A stretch of 46,564 nt of DNA from Candidatus Magasanikbacteria bacterium CG1_02_41_34. GTDB taxonomy: Bacteria > Patescibacteriota > Patescibacteriia > Magasanikbacterales > UBA922. The stretch spans positions 1 to 46,564 of the forward strand of contig MNVD01000016.1 of the NCBI GenBank assembly GCA_001871445.1, read 5' to 3'. The position numbers were made by a program, and so were the translations under genes. Below, one piece after another: positions 35,846-46,200 of this stretch; the first letter of the stretch is position 1; each line of letters begins with the position of its first letter. The notes under the pieces are model-generated. The model saw nothing but the letters and a program-made list of their open reading frames with translations, ran no database searches and was not told where the DNA came from.

Positions 35846-37411
35846 TTAATATAATGGGCGACCAGTCATTTCCTTTGGGGATGTGATATTCATCATTTTG
35901 AGTAATGTCGGCGCTACATCAGCGAGTTTACCAGTATGCATAGGTATACTCTTTTTTGACTTTTTTATCAAGATGCAAGGTACTGGATTAGCGGTATGCT
36001 GTGTAAGCACACCACCCGTTTTAAAATTGATCATTTGCTCTGCATTCCCATGATCTGCAGTAATAAGCACCTGGCCATCATGCTCAAGTACAATATCCAC
36101 AACCCTTTTTACTTGTGCATCCAAAAACGAAACTGCTTTTTTTGCAGCAGTAAAATCGCCTGTGTGTCCCACCATGTCGGCATTGGGATAATTAACGGTG
36201 ACAAAATCATACGTGCCCGCATCAATATATTCAACAATTCTATCCGTCAATTGCTTTGCATGCATCTCTGGCTGATCCGCATACGAATACTTTTTTGGTG
36301 ATTTGATAAGTTCTCGGACTTCACCGTCAATAGGCTCTGGATAACCACCATTGATAAAGTATGTTACATGCGCATACTTTTCTGTTTCAGAAATATAGAG
36401 TTGCTTACGATGTTCACCTATTGCTTTTGCAAGACTATGATCTATATCAGGACTTGGGAATGCGGTAAGAACAGAATCAAGATCAGGGCCAAAATCTGTC
36501 ATTGCCACAAAGCGCATATTTTTGGGATATTTCTTTCGTGTAAATGCACCAGGATTGTGCTTCACAAAATCTTTTTGGACAAATGCCTTGGTAATCTGAC
36601 GCGCTCTATCACTACGTGCATTGAAAAAAAAGATAACATCATTATCTTGAATTTTTGCAATTGGTTTTCCTTCTTCTGTAATAACAGTCGGACAAACATA
36701 CTCGTCTGTTTCTCCACGATTATACGCTTCTGCAATAGCTTCTTCCGCATTCGTCGCAGTGCAATGTCCTTGCCCAAGAACCATGGTGTTGTATGCCGCT
36801 TCTGTCCGTTCCCAAAGCTTTGCCCTATCCATCGCATAAAAACGCCCCATGATTGTGGCAATTTTTTCTTGACCCACCATTTGCTCACGAAGCAATTTGA
36901 GAAAAGTAAATGCAGAGTGTGGCGGTGAGTCACGTCCATCAGTAAAAAGATGCAGATACACTTTTTTTTGTCCTTCTTCACGAAAAAATTTGAGGAGTGA
37001 ATACAAATGATCCGGATGAGCATGCGCACTTTGTCCATCAGTCATGAGCCCCATAACATGAACGGCTGTGTTATATTTTTTTGTATGATGGAGTGCATCA
37101 CGAAATGCCTGATTTTTGAAAAATGTCCCATCTGTGATGGCATCTGAAATACGAACAATATCTTGCTCGACCACTCGTCCAGCACCGATGTTGAAATGTC
37201 CTGCTTCAGAATTCCCTTCTTGATCAGGGAAAAGCCCGACATCTACTCCATGCGCGGTGAGTGTCGTGGAAGAATATTTCTCCATATATAAAAAAATATT
37301 GGGAGCTGTTTTCTTTGTGATAGCATTGCCCGGCTCTGTTTCGTCAGCAAGACCAAACCCATCGAGGATCATGAGGACGGTAGGAGGATGTTTTGCTGGT
37401 ATGTGATTCAT
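35846..37411 (-). CDS. gpmI: 2,3-BPG-independent phosphoglycerate mutase, copy B
   Basis: DGFG, GNSEAGH, ETEKYAHVTYF, NADMVGHTG, TADHGNAE; start MNHIP at 37411. Confidence 0.96.
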   Translation of the reverse strand: MNHIPAKHPPTVLMILDGFGLADETEPGNAITKKTAPNIFLYMEKYSSTTLTAHGVDVGLFPDQEGNSEAGHFNIGAGRVVEQDIVRISDAITDGTFFKNQAFRDALHHTKKYNTAVHVMGLMTDGQSAHAHPDHLYSLLKFFREEGQKKVYLHLFTDGRDSPPHSAFTFLKLLREQMVGQEKIATIMGRFYAMDRAKLWERTEAAYNTMVLGQGHCTATNAEEAIAEAYNRGETDEYVCPTVITEEGKPIAKIQDNDVIFFFNARSDRARQITKAFVQKDFVKHNPGAFTRKKYPKNMRFVAMTDFGPDLDSVLTAFPSPDIDHSLAKAIGEHRKQLYISETEKYAHVTYFINGGYPEPIDGEVRELIKSPKKYSYADQPEMHAKQLTDRIVEYIDAGTYDFVTVNYPNADMVGHTGDFTAAKKAVSFLDAQVKRVVDIVLEHDGQVLITADHGNAEQMINFKTGGVLTQHTANPVPCILIKKSKKSIPMHTGKLADVAPTLLKMMNITSPKEMTGRPLY

Positions 37412-37442
37412 AGTGGAAGTAGTATAGCAGAAAAAGACGATG

Positions 37443-37471
37443 AAAAAAAGGCAGGAACACTGCCTTTTTTT
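37443..37471. terminator. Terminator-like hairpin with A/T tails
   Basis: AAAAAAAGGCAG-GAACA-CTGCCTTTTTTT. Confidence 0.7.
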
Positions 37472-37496
37472 GTATGATTTCATGCACCTTACATAC

Positions 37497-37525
37497 TTGA
37501 CAAAAGTGCCTTTTTGTGCTATAGT
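37497..37525 (+). promoter_or_regulatory. Sigma70-type promoter of the orphan GC-rich gene
   Basis: TTGACA-17 nt-TATAGT with extended -10 TG. Confidence 0.8.
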
Positions 37526-37664
37526 CGTCTATCGTCCTTTTCAACCTACCAACACAGTTCTCCCTACGTATATATACCTCACGAGAGGCCTCTATACGCC
37601 GGGAGAACTGCCCGGTTTCTCTAGCAAAGGGCTGGGGAAATTCCCCAAGACAGGAGGACGCACC

Positions 37665-38213
37665 ATGCGTCTCAGCGATTTGTTCCACAATTTCTCTGTC
37701 GAGAACTCCTACGCCCGTCGTCACTGCGTCCCCGAAAGACGCGGATGGCTCCATACCACGAAAGGGTGGGCCCTGGAAGCCATGATCTTCATCGTTTCGA
37801 CGATGATGGAGGACGAGTCGAAAGAGAAGAGCGGGATCACCACGTTCGATTTCGCCCGTAAGTACCGAAGTGGGAGCATGCAGATGTTCCTCCATTCCTT
37901 CCCGGACTACTACGTCGATGACCCGCATGGGGAGGACGAAGAGTTCGGATTCACGAACGGAATTGTGAGGATCACGCTCAACCGTCCGGATAGCACGGAT
38001 CTCGAGCAAGTCTGTTCCCAAGTGTTCGACTTGCAAGGGGAAGCTGGCTACTCCCGCATTCTGTCGAACCAGGGAAAGGTCATCTTGCTCCGTGAGTGGG
38101 AAAAGATGCTCCGCCAGGAGCTGATCCAGTACCGCTCCGAGTACTCGGGTGCGATGAAACGCAAGATCACGGAGGTCGTCATGATCCTCCGGCAAGCGAT
38201 CAAGAACATCTAA
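37665..38213 (+). CDS. GC-rich orphan protein (182 aa), function unknown
   Basis: AGGAGG SD before ATG 37665; 55% GC in a hand-counted sample line; opposite strand to its neighbours. Confidence 0.8.
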   Translation: MRLSDLFHNFSVENSYARRHCVPERRGWLHTTKGWALEAMIFIVSTMMEDESKEKSGITTFDFARKYRSGSMQMFLHSFPDYYVDDPHGEDEEFGFTNGIVRITLNRPDSTDLEQVCSQVFDLQGEAGYSRILSNQGKVILLREWEKMLRQELIQYRSEYSGAMKRKITEVVMILRQAIKNI

Positions 38214-38524
38214 TAGTTCTGGTTTGATGGTTTGCTGTTTTGGGAAAAGAGAATGACGAGCACATACTGCCCGGCATAAACATGTACTGTAGATACTACC
38301 CATATCTACAACACACGTTCATGCGTCAAAAAAGCAATATTGTATTGTTTGGGTCTCCACAGTCTCTGGGTGGAGTAAACTGGCGCCGAAGGGACGCCAC
38401 CATGAGACACCTTCGTTTTGCCAACGAAGAACAATAAGGATGTATACGGCATTGCATCCTCCAATTCAGATGAGTGAAATACTTCACTGTTCTGAATTGG
38501 ATGCAATGCATCATCTACATATAT

Positions 38525-38555
38525 AAAAACACTCACAATATCTGTGAGTGTTTTT
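38525..38555. terminator. Bidirectional terminator downstream of eno
   Basis: AAAAACACTCACA-ATATC-TGTGAGTGTTTTT. Confidence 0.8.
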
Positions 38556-38583
38556 TGTTATGTGTTACATGCTACGTGTTACG
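38556..38583. repeat. Heptamer array
   Basis: tgttatg-tgttaca-tgctacg-tgttacg. Confidence 0.65.
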
Positions 38584-38590
38584 TGAATGA

Positions 38591-39844
38591 CTACATCACC
38601 TCATCTTCTATCTGCATCAATCGATTATACTTCTCTACTCGCTCTGAACGAGACATCGATCCTGACTTGATATATTCTGCATTCACAGCAACAGAGAGGT
38701 CTGCAATAAAAGTATCTGCTGTTTCTCCAGAACGATGAGATACGGATACTGCATAGCCATGTTTTCGTGCAAGATAGATTGCATCGATAGTCTCAGAGAG
38801 CGTGCCGATCTGATTGAGTTTGATGAGCACTGCATTCCCTACTTTTTCATCAATCCCTTTTTGGATACGTTCGGTATTGGTTACAAACAAATCATCTCCT
38901 ACCACATGTACTTTCTTCCCAAGTTTTTTTGTTGCTATTTTCCAATTGTCCCAATCATCTTCTGCAAGCGGATCTTCGATAGAAATAAACGGGTATTTTC
39001 GTGTCCATCCTTCGAGCGTACGAATCACTTTATCTGCACGCCACCCGACATGCTTGTCGAGAAAATAGTAATTGCCGCTTTTGTAAAATTCTGACGCGGC
39101 AACATCCATAGCAAGCATCACGTGACGACCAGGTTCAAAGCCAGCAGTACTAATTGCCTTCATGAGAAATTTCAATGCTTGTTCGTTGTCGGTAAATTCT
39201 GGTGCATAGCCTCCCTCATCTCCAACACCTGTATTGAATTTTTTTTCTGCCAAGAGCTGTCCGAGTGTATGAAAAATTTGTGATCCCATGCGTACGCGTT
39301 CTTTAAACAATTTATGTTTTGGAACAATCATAAATTCTTGAATCGAAAGTCCATTGTTTGCATGTCGCCCACCATTGATAACATTCATGGTTGCCAGTGG
39401 CATGATCCATTTTTTTTCTGGCAGTCGGTATGCTTTTCGAATATATGCATACAGCGGTATTTTGGTCGATGCAGCAGCAGCACGACAGGCTGCGAGAGAA
39501 ACTGATAGAATTGCATTTGCTCCAAGTTTTTTCTTTTGCGGAGTACCATCAAGCGCAATCATCGCTTGATCGAGTGCACGCTGATGGAGTGCATCATGGC
39601 CTTTCAATTCTTTTGCAATGAGTGTATTTACATGCTTCACCGCTTTCAATACACCTTTGCCACCATAGCGCTTTGCACCATCTCGGAGCTCTACAGCTTC
39701 ATGCGCTCCAGTAGAGGCCCCACTTGGGACTGCCGCAATACCAACAGAACCATCTGCCAATGTAACAGTTGCCTCAATAGTGGGGTTACCACGAGAATCG
39801 AGAATCTCACGTGCGAAAATATGTGCGATGCTTGTCTTTTTCAT
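38591..39844 (-). CDS. eno: Enolase
   Basis: DSRGNPT, VPSGASTG, GDEGG, GDDLFVTN, SHRSGET. Confidence 0.97.
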   Translation of the reverse strand: MKKTSIAHIFAREILDSRGNPTIEATVTLADGSVGIAAVPSGASTGAHEAVELRDGAKRYGGKGVLKAVKHVNTLIAKELKGHDALHQRALDQAMIALDGTPQKKKLGANAILSVSLAACRAAAASTKIPLYAYIRKAYRLPEKKWIMPLATMNVINGGRHANNGLSIQEFMIVPKHKLFKERVRMGSQIFHTLGQLLAEKKFNTGVGDEGGYAPEFTDNEQALKFLMKAISTAGFEPGRHVMLAMDVAASEFYKSGNYYFLDKHVGWRADKVIRTLEGWTRKYPFISIEDPLAEDDWDNWKIATKKLGKKVHVVGDDLFVTNTERIQKGIDEKVGNAVLIKLNQIGTLSETIDAIYLARKHGYAVSVSHRSGETADTFIADLSVAVNAEYIKSGSMSRSERVEKYNRLMQIEDEVM

Positions 39845-39878
39845 ACAGAAAGAAGATATAATATATATATCAGTATAT

Positions 39879-39917
39879 AAAAAAAGACCCTCTGTGTATA
39901 GAGGGGTCTTTTTTTTT
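39879..39917. terminator. Intrinsic terminator after the SIMPL gene
   Basis: A-run AGACCCTCT-GTGTAT-AGAGGGGTCT T-run (one bulge). Confidence 0.7.
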
Positions 39918-39923
39918 GTATAT

Positions 39924-40817
39924 TTATCGAATTTCGAATGTAATATTTACACTCATTTCTACATCCATACTACCACTCTGAATATCTGGTGTCGCTTCAG
40001 CACCACCCATACCATATGCCGACTTGTCATACATATAAGGTGATACGTCTCCACTAGTTTCATATTCTCCATACGAGACAATACTCACAATTCGAACACC
40101 CAGTGCTTGAGAGAGTGCCTGCGCTTTTGTATATACTTTCTTGAGTGCTTCCATGCGAGCTTCTTCGAGATATACTTCTCGGTCATCGATGGTAAATTGC
40201 AATCCACTCACACTATTTGCCCCAACTTCTCCAGCAAGTGCAATTACTTGATTTGCTTTTTCAAGGTCACGAATCTTTACGCTCACACTCTGACTGACCT
40301 CATAGCCTTCGAGAATGCGTCCTTCCTCTGATGTATAGTTGTATTGTGGGTAAATATTGTAATTGGTCGTCTGCATGTCTTCACTCGCAATACCAAGCTC
40401 TGCCAATTTTGCAGTCAGCTTGTTCATAACAGCCGTATTTGCAGCTTGCGCTTCGGCAACAGTCTTTCCTGTTACAATCATCCCCAGAGTAGTCATCGCA
40501 ATGTCTGGTGTAGCAGTGACTTTTGCTGTTGCGTCGAGGCTAATCGTACGCTCTTGTCGATCTGCTTGTCCGATATGATAATACACTTCAATATTATTCC
40601 GAATAACCGTCCCTACCCAAAAAATAACATAAACTAAAAGAATCGCAAGAAGGGTAAAAAAGATTTTTTGTGCAAATTCACCACCATGCAAAAGAGAACG
40701 CATCTGTTGATGTGGTTTTAGAGGAGGAGAAGGAGGTGGCTGCGGTGGTGTATATGTTGGTTGAGATATTGGAGAACTCGTGATTGGAGTTCTCGTTGTT
40801 TTTTTGCTGACAGGCAT
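39924..40817 (-). CDS. SIMPL (DUF541) domain membrane-anchored protein
   Basis: Pro-rich N-terminus, TM, ATPDIAMTTLG, QTTNYNIYPQY, GANSVSGLQF. Confidence 0.88.
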   Translation of the reverse strand: MPVSKKTTRTPITSSPISQPTYTPPQPPPSPPLKPHQQMRSLLHGGEFAQKIFFTLLAILLVYVIFWVGTVIRNNIEVYYHIGQADRQERTISLDATAKVTATPDIAMTTLGMIVTGKTVAEAQAANTAVMNKLTAKLAELGIASEDMQTTNYNIYPQYNYTSEEGRILEGYEVSQSVSVKIRDLEKANQVIALAGEVGANSVSGLQFTIDDREVYLEEARMEALKKVYTKAQALSQALGVRIVSIVSYGEYETSGDVSPYMYDKSAYGMGGAEATPDIQSGSMDVEMSVNITFEIR

Positions 40818-40822
40818 ATATA

Positions 40823-40894
40823 AGAAATTAAAAAATTGAAATTAGAAATTGCTTTTAACAAAATTAATTTCTAATTTCCAGTTCCAAATTTCTA
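40823..40894. repeat. Inverted (GAAATTA)n / (TAATTTC)n arrays with no gene between them
   Basis: Perfect IR AATTAGAAATT (40840-40850) / AATTTCTAATT (40866-40876) inside degenerate arrays. Confidence 0.7.
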
Positions 40895-40928
40895 TGTGAA
40901 GTATACATCAATTGTATTTCGACATCAA

Positions 40929-42128
40929 CTACCATTGCAGTGCATAGATCCCAGGAAGTGTTTTCCCAGCAAGAAATTCGAGCATCGCTCCACCACCAGT
41001 AGAAACAAGATCTATATCATCTGTCATACCGACCATATCCATGGCTTGGAGTGTTTCTCCCCCACCAATAACACCAAAAGCGGATCCTTTTGATCGACTT
41101 GCAACAAGACGCGCAACCGTCAGCGTTGCCACGTCGTATGGTTTTTTTTCAAAATATCCCATGGCACCATTCCACACAAGTGTTTTTGCTTCTTTGATAT
41201 ACGTGGCAAAAAGACGAAGTGTCTCAGGCCCAATATCAAAAATAGCTTCTCCTTTTTTACAAATTTCATGTGGATTTTTTTTGATCTTCACTACCCGGAC
41301 TTTTTTTCCATCTTTTGTACCAACAATAACATCGAGAGGTTTGATAACATTTTTTCGTTTACAATACTGAATGGCATCCACTTGGAATTCTTTGTCAACA
41401 AGTGAATCTCCTACTATATATCCTTTTGCCAAGAGATAGGTATTTACAATACCACCTCCAATGAGCACCGCGTCTGCTCTTTCTACCAGATTTCTCATGA
41501 CAGGAATTTTTGTTTCCATCTTTGCTCCCCCAAGAACAGCAACAAATGGTGTGTTAGGATTGTGGAGTACTTTTGTCAATCCTACAATTTCTGTTGTAAG
41601 GAGTTTACCCGCATATCCCTTGATATACTTTGGAATACCCGACACCGAAGCACTCGCACGATGTGCAACAGCAAATCCATCGAGGACAAAAACATCACCA
41701 AGGGCCGCAAGTTCTTGAGAAAGCATGCCAGTATCTTTTGCTTCCTCTTTTGAAAATCGCATGTTCTCCATCATCGCAACTTGTCCTGGACGAAGTTTGC
41801 TGATTTCCTTCAACAGCGCAACTTTTTTTGCATCAGACAATTTCCAGTTTCCGGTTTCCAACTTTTTTACCTTTTTCTTGAGTAATTCTGATAACCGTTC
41901 TACGACAGGATCAACCTTTAACGATGCAACCGTCTTTCCCTCAGGACGACCAATGTGTGTCATCAATACAACCTTTGCACCTTTTTCTATGAGATACTGA
42001 ATGGTTGGAAGTGAAGCGACGAGTCGAAAATCATCGAGGACCTTTTTCTTCTTGATAGGAACATTAAAATCAACTCGTACAAGGACGACCTTTCCAGACA
42101 GATTGCGCGCTTTTGTAATCGAGTTCAT
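40929..42128 (-). CDS. pgk: Phosphoglycerate kinase
   Basis: RVDFNVP, THIGRP, ENMRF, VWNGAMG, STGGGA. Confidence 0.96.
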   Translation of the reverse strand: MNSITKARNLSGKVVLVRVDFNVPIKKKKVLDDFRLVASLPTIQYLIEKGAKVVLMTHIGRPEGKTVASLKVDPVVERLSELLKKKVKKLETGNWKLSDAKKVALLKEISKLRPGQVAMMENMRFSKEEAKDTGMLSQELAALGDVFVLDGFAVAHRASASVSGIPKYIKGYAGKLLTTEIVGLTKVLHNPNTPFVAVLGGAKMETKIPVMRNLVERADAVLIGGGIVNTYLLAKGYIVGDSLVDKEFQVDAIQYCKRKNVIKPLDVIVGTKDGKKVRVVKIKKNPHEICKKGEAIFDIGPETLRLFATYIKEAKTLVWNGAMGYFEKKPYDVATLTVARLVASRSKGSAFGVIGGGETLQAMDMVGMTDDIDLVSTGGGAMLEFLAGKTLPGIYALQW

Positions 42129-42137
42129 AGCAATATA

Positions 42138-43145
42138 TTACAATGATTTTCCAACAATTTCTGCCATCTCTACCAAACGATTTGCGTAGCCCCATTCATT
42201 ATCATACCACGCAACGACTTTGACAAGATTGCCACCGACAACGCGAGTAAGATCTAGGTCGGCAATAGATGAATGACTGTTTCCAATGAAATCTGAAGAG
42301 ACAAGTGGTTCTTCTGTGACAGTAAAAATGCCTTGCCAATGTTTTTTCTTCGCAGCAGCTTTGAGTGCTTTATTGACTTGTTCGACTGTCACATCTTTTT
42401 TGAGAAGCATGGTGATGTCGGTGAGTGATGCACTGATCGTAGGAACACGTACAGCAATTCCTTCAAATTTCTGATCAAGTGATGGAACAACTTTTGCTGT
42501 AGCAGCCGCTGCTCCAGTAGTTGTGGGTACCATGTTTTGTGCAGCAGCACGAGCACGACGCAAATCTTTGTGTGGACCGTCTTGAAGATTTTGATCTGCT
42601 GTATACGAATGAATCGTCGTGAGCATTGCTTTTTCTATCCCAAACGCTTCTTCGAGAATAGCGACGACAGGAGCGGTACAGTTCGTAGTACACGATGCAT
42701 TATCAACAATTTTTTGTCCTGCATAACTTCCACAGTTTACGCCTCGCACAAAGCCAGCGATATCATCTCCTTTACTCGGCGCAGAAATCACAACACGTTT
42801 TGCACCAGCAGTGAGATGCATAGATGCTTTTTCTTTGTCTCTGAAAAGACCAGTACATTCGAGAACCACATCGACTTTCAATTTTTTCCATGGCAATTTG
42901 CTCGGGTCACGCTCTGCAAGTGCCTGAATTTTTTTTCCATTGATGATCAGCACGCCCTCTTTCGCAGAAACTTTTGCACCAAAATCTGGATATGCGGTAT
43001 CGTATTTGAGTAAATGCGCAAGTGTGTTGGTATCAGTAAGATCATTGATCGCGACAATATTGATCCCCTTTTTCTTCCATGCGACCTTGAGTGCGTGCCG
43101 TCCAATACGGCCAAATCCATTGATTGCTATGTTCATACTGACCAA
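42138..43145 (-). CDS. gap: Glyceraldehyde-3-phosphate dehydrogenase (type I)
   Basis: INGFGRIGR, NASCTTNC, TTTGAA, WYDNEWGY. Confidence 0.97.
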   Translation of the reverse strand: MVSMNIAINGFGRIGRHALKVAWKKKGINIVAINDLTDTNTLAHLLKYDTAYPDFGAKVSAKEGVLIINGKKIQALAERDPSKLPWKKLKVDVVLECTGLFRDKEKASMHLTAGAKRVVISAPSKGDDIAGFVRGVNCGSYAGQKIVDNASCTTNCTAPVVAILEEAFGIEKAMLTTIHSYTADQNLQDGPHKDLRRARAAAQNMVPTTTGAAAATAKVVPSLDQKFEGIAVRVPTISASLTDITMLLKKDVTVEQVNKALKAAAKKKHWQGIFTVTEEPLVSSDFIGNSHSSIADLDLTRVVGGNLVKVVAWYDNEWGYANRLVEMAEIVGKSL

Positions 43146-43207
43146 TGTATTAAAAATAATCTGCCTTTAGTGTAGCAATTTTAGAGGTAATTGGCTAGTG
43201 GAAGATA

Positions 43208-46200
43208 TTAGATACTCTCCAGTGCAGACGTTGTGTCAGGCGGTAATTCATCTGAAATAAATTCTAACAATGAACCTGGTAACCACTTTGAATAGGCAAT
43301 ATGTTCGAAGTTGGTACTGTCCATATTTTTTGCCGTCACGTCGGTATTTGAATCACCCCAAATTCCATATTTTACATCACGAATAAAGACCGAATCCATC
43401 AATGTTGTACCGCCACGAATATCAATTGCTGTCATAATCCAGCTCGCAAATGTTTTTTCCCATTCTGTATAAAAATGAATTGTATCGTGAGAAAATGTAG
43501 TATCACTATTTCGTATTCTCAAAAGAATACCAGGCCACTTTCCTCCACTAATATCTGTATGATCAAACGACACGTCGGCTGAAGACAAATCCATCATTAC
43601 TCGCTCTCTGTTGTATGTCTCACCTCCACCAGCAATATGTGTATAAGAAAGTTCCCCATGTGAACCAGGATAAAATATCATCCTCCCCCAACCTCCGCTC
43701 CAGCCGTTAATGAGAACAGGAGACACCGCAGTCCCGAGTGTTTTTAGCGTTCCATAAATATGAAACGCATTTTTACTGCCAATTCCAATACCACCACCTT
43801 CTTCTACTGTGAGTGTTACACTTTCGGGAATGGTAACAGATCCAAATGCGACGTATGCTCCAGAAGAAATCGTGGTGTCTTCAGAAAATTCGTACGTTGG
43901 CACAACAATTATATTATTTACATTGTCTGAAAATATATTATTGCCAGACAACTGCGGGAAAACGCCGTCAAGAATAATGAGTCCATTTGGATAGGTAAAA
44001 TTGGAAAATTTTGTGTCAGCAATAGTTACAGATCCACTCGAATGCGGTGTATTTTTTATCGCAATGCCACCTGTATCAAATTCAGAATTTATAATAACCA
44101 CACTTCCACCATTCATCCAAATTGCTGCATTATATTGTGTATAATTTGGATTCGTGTGAATATACGAATTTGTAAGGTGCACATGATCAAGTGTAATATT
44201 TCCACTCGTGCGTATCACTTGAGATTGCGCTGTACCATACACAAATCCATTACTTGTCACAAACGGATCTCCTCCATATGAAACCTCTGTATAATGCATT
44301 TCAAGGACTCCCCCACCAGCAACATCTATATGCGACCAATCACCAGGAGAAGGATTCCCATGCCCAAAAAATGTATTCTTCCATGACGCATCTGATGCAA
44401 TACCCGAAGACGTCAGACGGGCTGGCAATTCTTCTGTCCCATTCATAATCATAGCACCTTCTACGATAAGTGTTGCCTTTGCAGAATTACCTATGATTGT
44501 CACACCTGGATCAACAACCAATGTTTTGCCTTCAGGAATAGTCACCTCGCTGCTCAATACATACGGGCTATGATCTACAGAAAGTGTAAGCACACCATTC
44601 TCGTCAATCAAACTGGGATATTGATCAAATGGGTTTTGCAATACCCACAATCGATCATTTGGCTGCAATGGACTTCCATACAATACATTTGTACAGCCAT
44701 TTGCCTGTCCTCGCGCACTCATATGTTCAGTAGTCTTCCATTGATTACCAGTACCGATACGTTCCATAGAGCGCCCTGGTCCGCCAGCTGGCCAAGCGTC
44801 AATGAAAGATATTTCATCAATAATATGTTCTTCTGCATCAGACAACACAAGGGTCATCCCTGCATTATCCAGTTCAATATCTTCATACACCATGTCGATA
44901 GAAAGACTTACCAACGCATCTTGCCCTTTCTCTCTTCTTGCCAACAAATAATACTCACCCGCATCAATAGTACCCGACAACGCAAGCGAACTGGTTACAC
45001 CGGTTGGCGAAGTGAATACGAGGTGCCATCCAGAAAGATCTATCACACTGTCCGTGGTGTTTTTCAATTCCATCCATTCTTGTTTTGGACAATTTCGCGT
45101 TTGGGTCGGCACACCTGCTGTTCCACCCCACGCAATTTCGTTGACAATTGCTGTCTTTGGCCAGTCGAGTGAAACAGATGTATCACTTTCATACCATTCG
45201 CTGAAATTATTCAATGGATCAAATGCACGGATACGAAATATATAGTCATGAGGTCTCTCACCAGAAAATATATACGACGTCTCAGTTGTTGACGTTGAGA
45301 TATCATTCCACCCACTCTCGTCTTCATTTACTTGTAATGCATAGTGAATGGTACTACTTGTCTCATCATTTCCAGACCAATCTACATGCACAAGTGTAGA
45401 TATTGTCGTGTCTGGTACAGAAGAAAATGACATAATCTCAGGTGGTGTCGTATCACTTACAATATGAAACACCACACGTTCTCCTTCCGATTCGACATCA
45501 TCAATTGGTGTGAATATCACAACATTTTCTCCTTCCAAAAGTGGAACATGCGCTTCCCACGTCGTAGACGTAAATGAAAATGATGTGCTCGCGATAGAAG
45601 AACGAACAGATGTCGCCTGAAGATTTTTTGTACCAAACAACATGACCGTGGTAGTAGCCAAAGAAAAAGCGTCATCAAAAGACGTATCAATTGTTATAGA
45701 TGGGAGAATCGTTTCTTTTACACTGCCCACCTCTTCTGGCGTAGTACTATCCGAGCTTCCTCCTGAATAGAAAAAAGGGATAACAGTATCAATCACTTTT
45801 TTTGTCGTATCAATAATTTTATCACCAAGCACTTTGCTGACATCTTTTATTTTTTCAATTACTGTTTTTCCTTCTGGGATTATTAGTATCGACTCATCTT
45901 GAACCAATGATTCTTCCGGAAATATTTCAGCTCCCATCTGAAATGTTATCGTTACAAATGAAGAACCAACCTGCACAAAAGTACTTCCTTGTTGTTTGAC
46001 AAGCTGAAGTCTAAAATCTTTTGTAAGATCAGAAGCAAGAGTGATAGGAATGCGTATTAAAACTTCTTCACCAGGACCAACGGCAGTTGATATCACCGCA
46101 GGTCGAAGTTTTGTTTTCCACGCATCAGCATACCACGCACTATTTTGTCCGACACCTCCAACGACATTGAGTGACAGCTCGTTTGATTTCCACGTGGTAT

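Noticed and set aside
37344-38303. 319-aa minus-strand ORF
   Set aside because: Antisense to the SD- and promoter-supported 37665-38213 gene; stop-poor because of high GC.
38363-38400. Glycine-riboswitch-like word (CTCTGG...CGCCGAAGG)
   Set aside because: The downstream CTCTCAGG and GGAGAG pairing elements are absent and no gene follows on that strand.
38381-38403. CGCCACCA as a tRNA or tmRNA 3' end
   Set aside because: No T-arm GTTCRA motif or matching acceptor 5' strand.
38306-38536. Small ORFs in the hairpin-rich tract (76, 65 and 62 aa)
   Set aside because: Mutually overlapping, no SD, no protein-like motifs; the palindromic DNA is better explained as structure.
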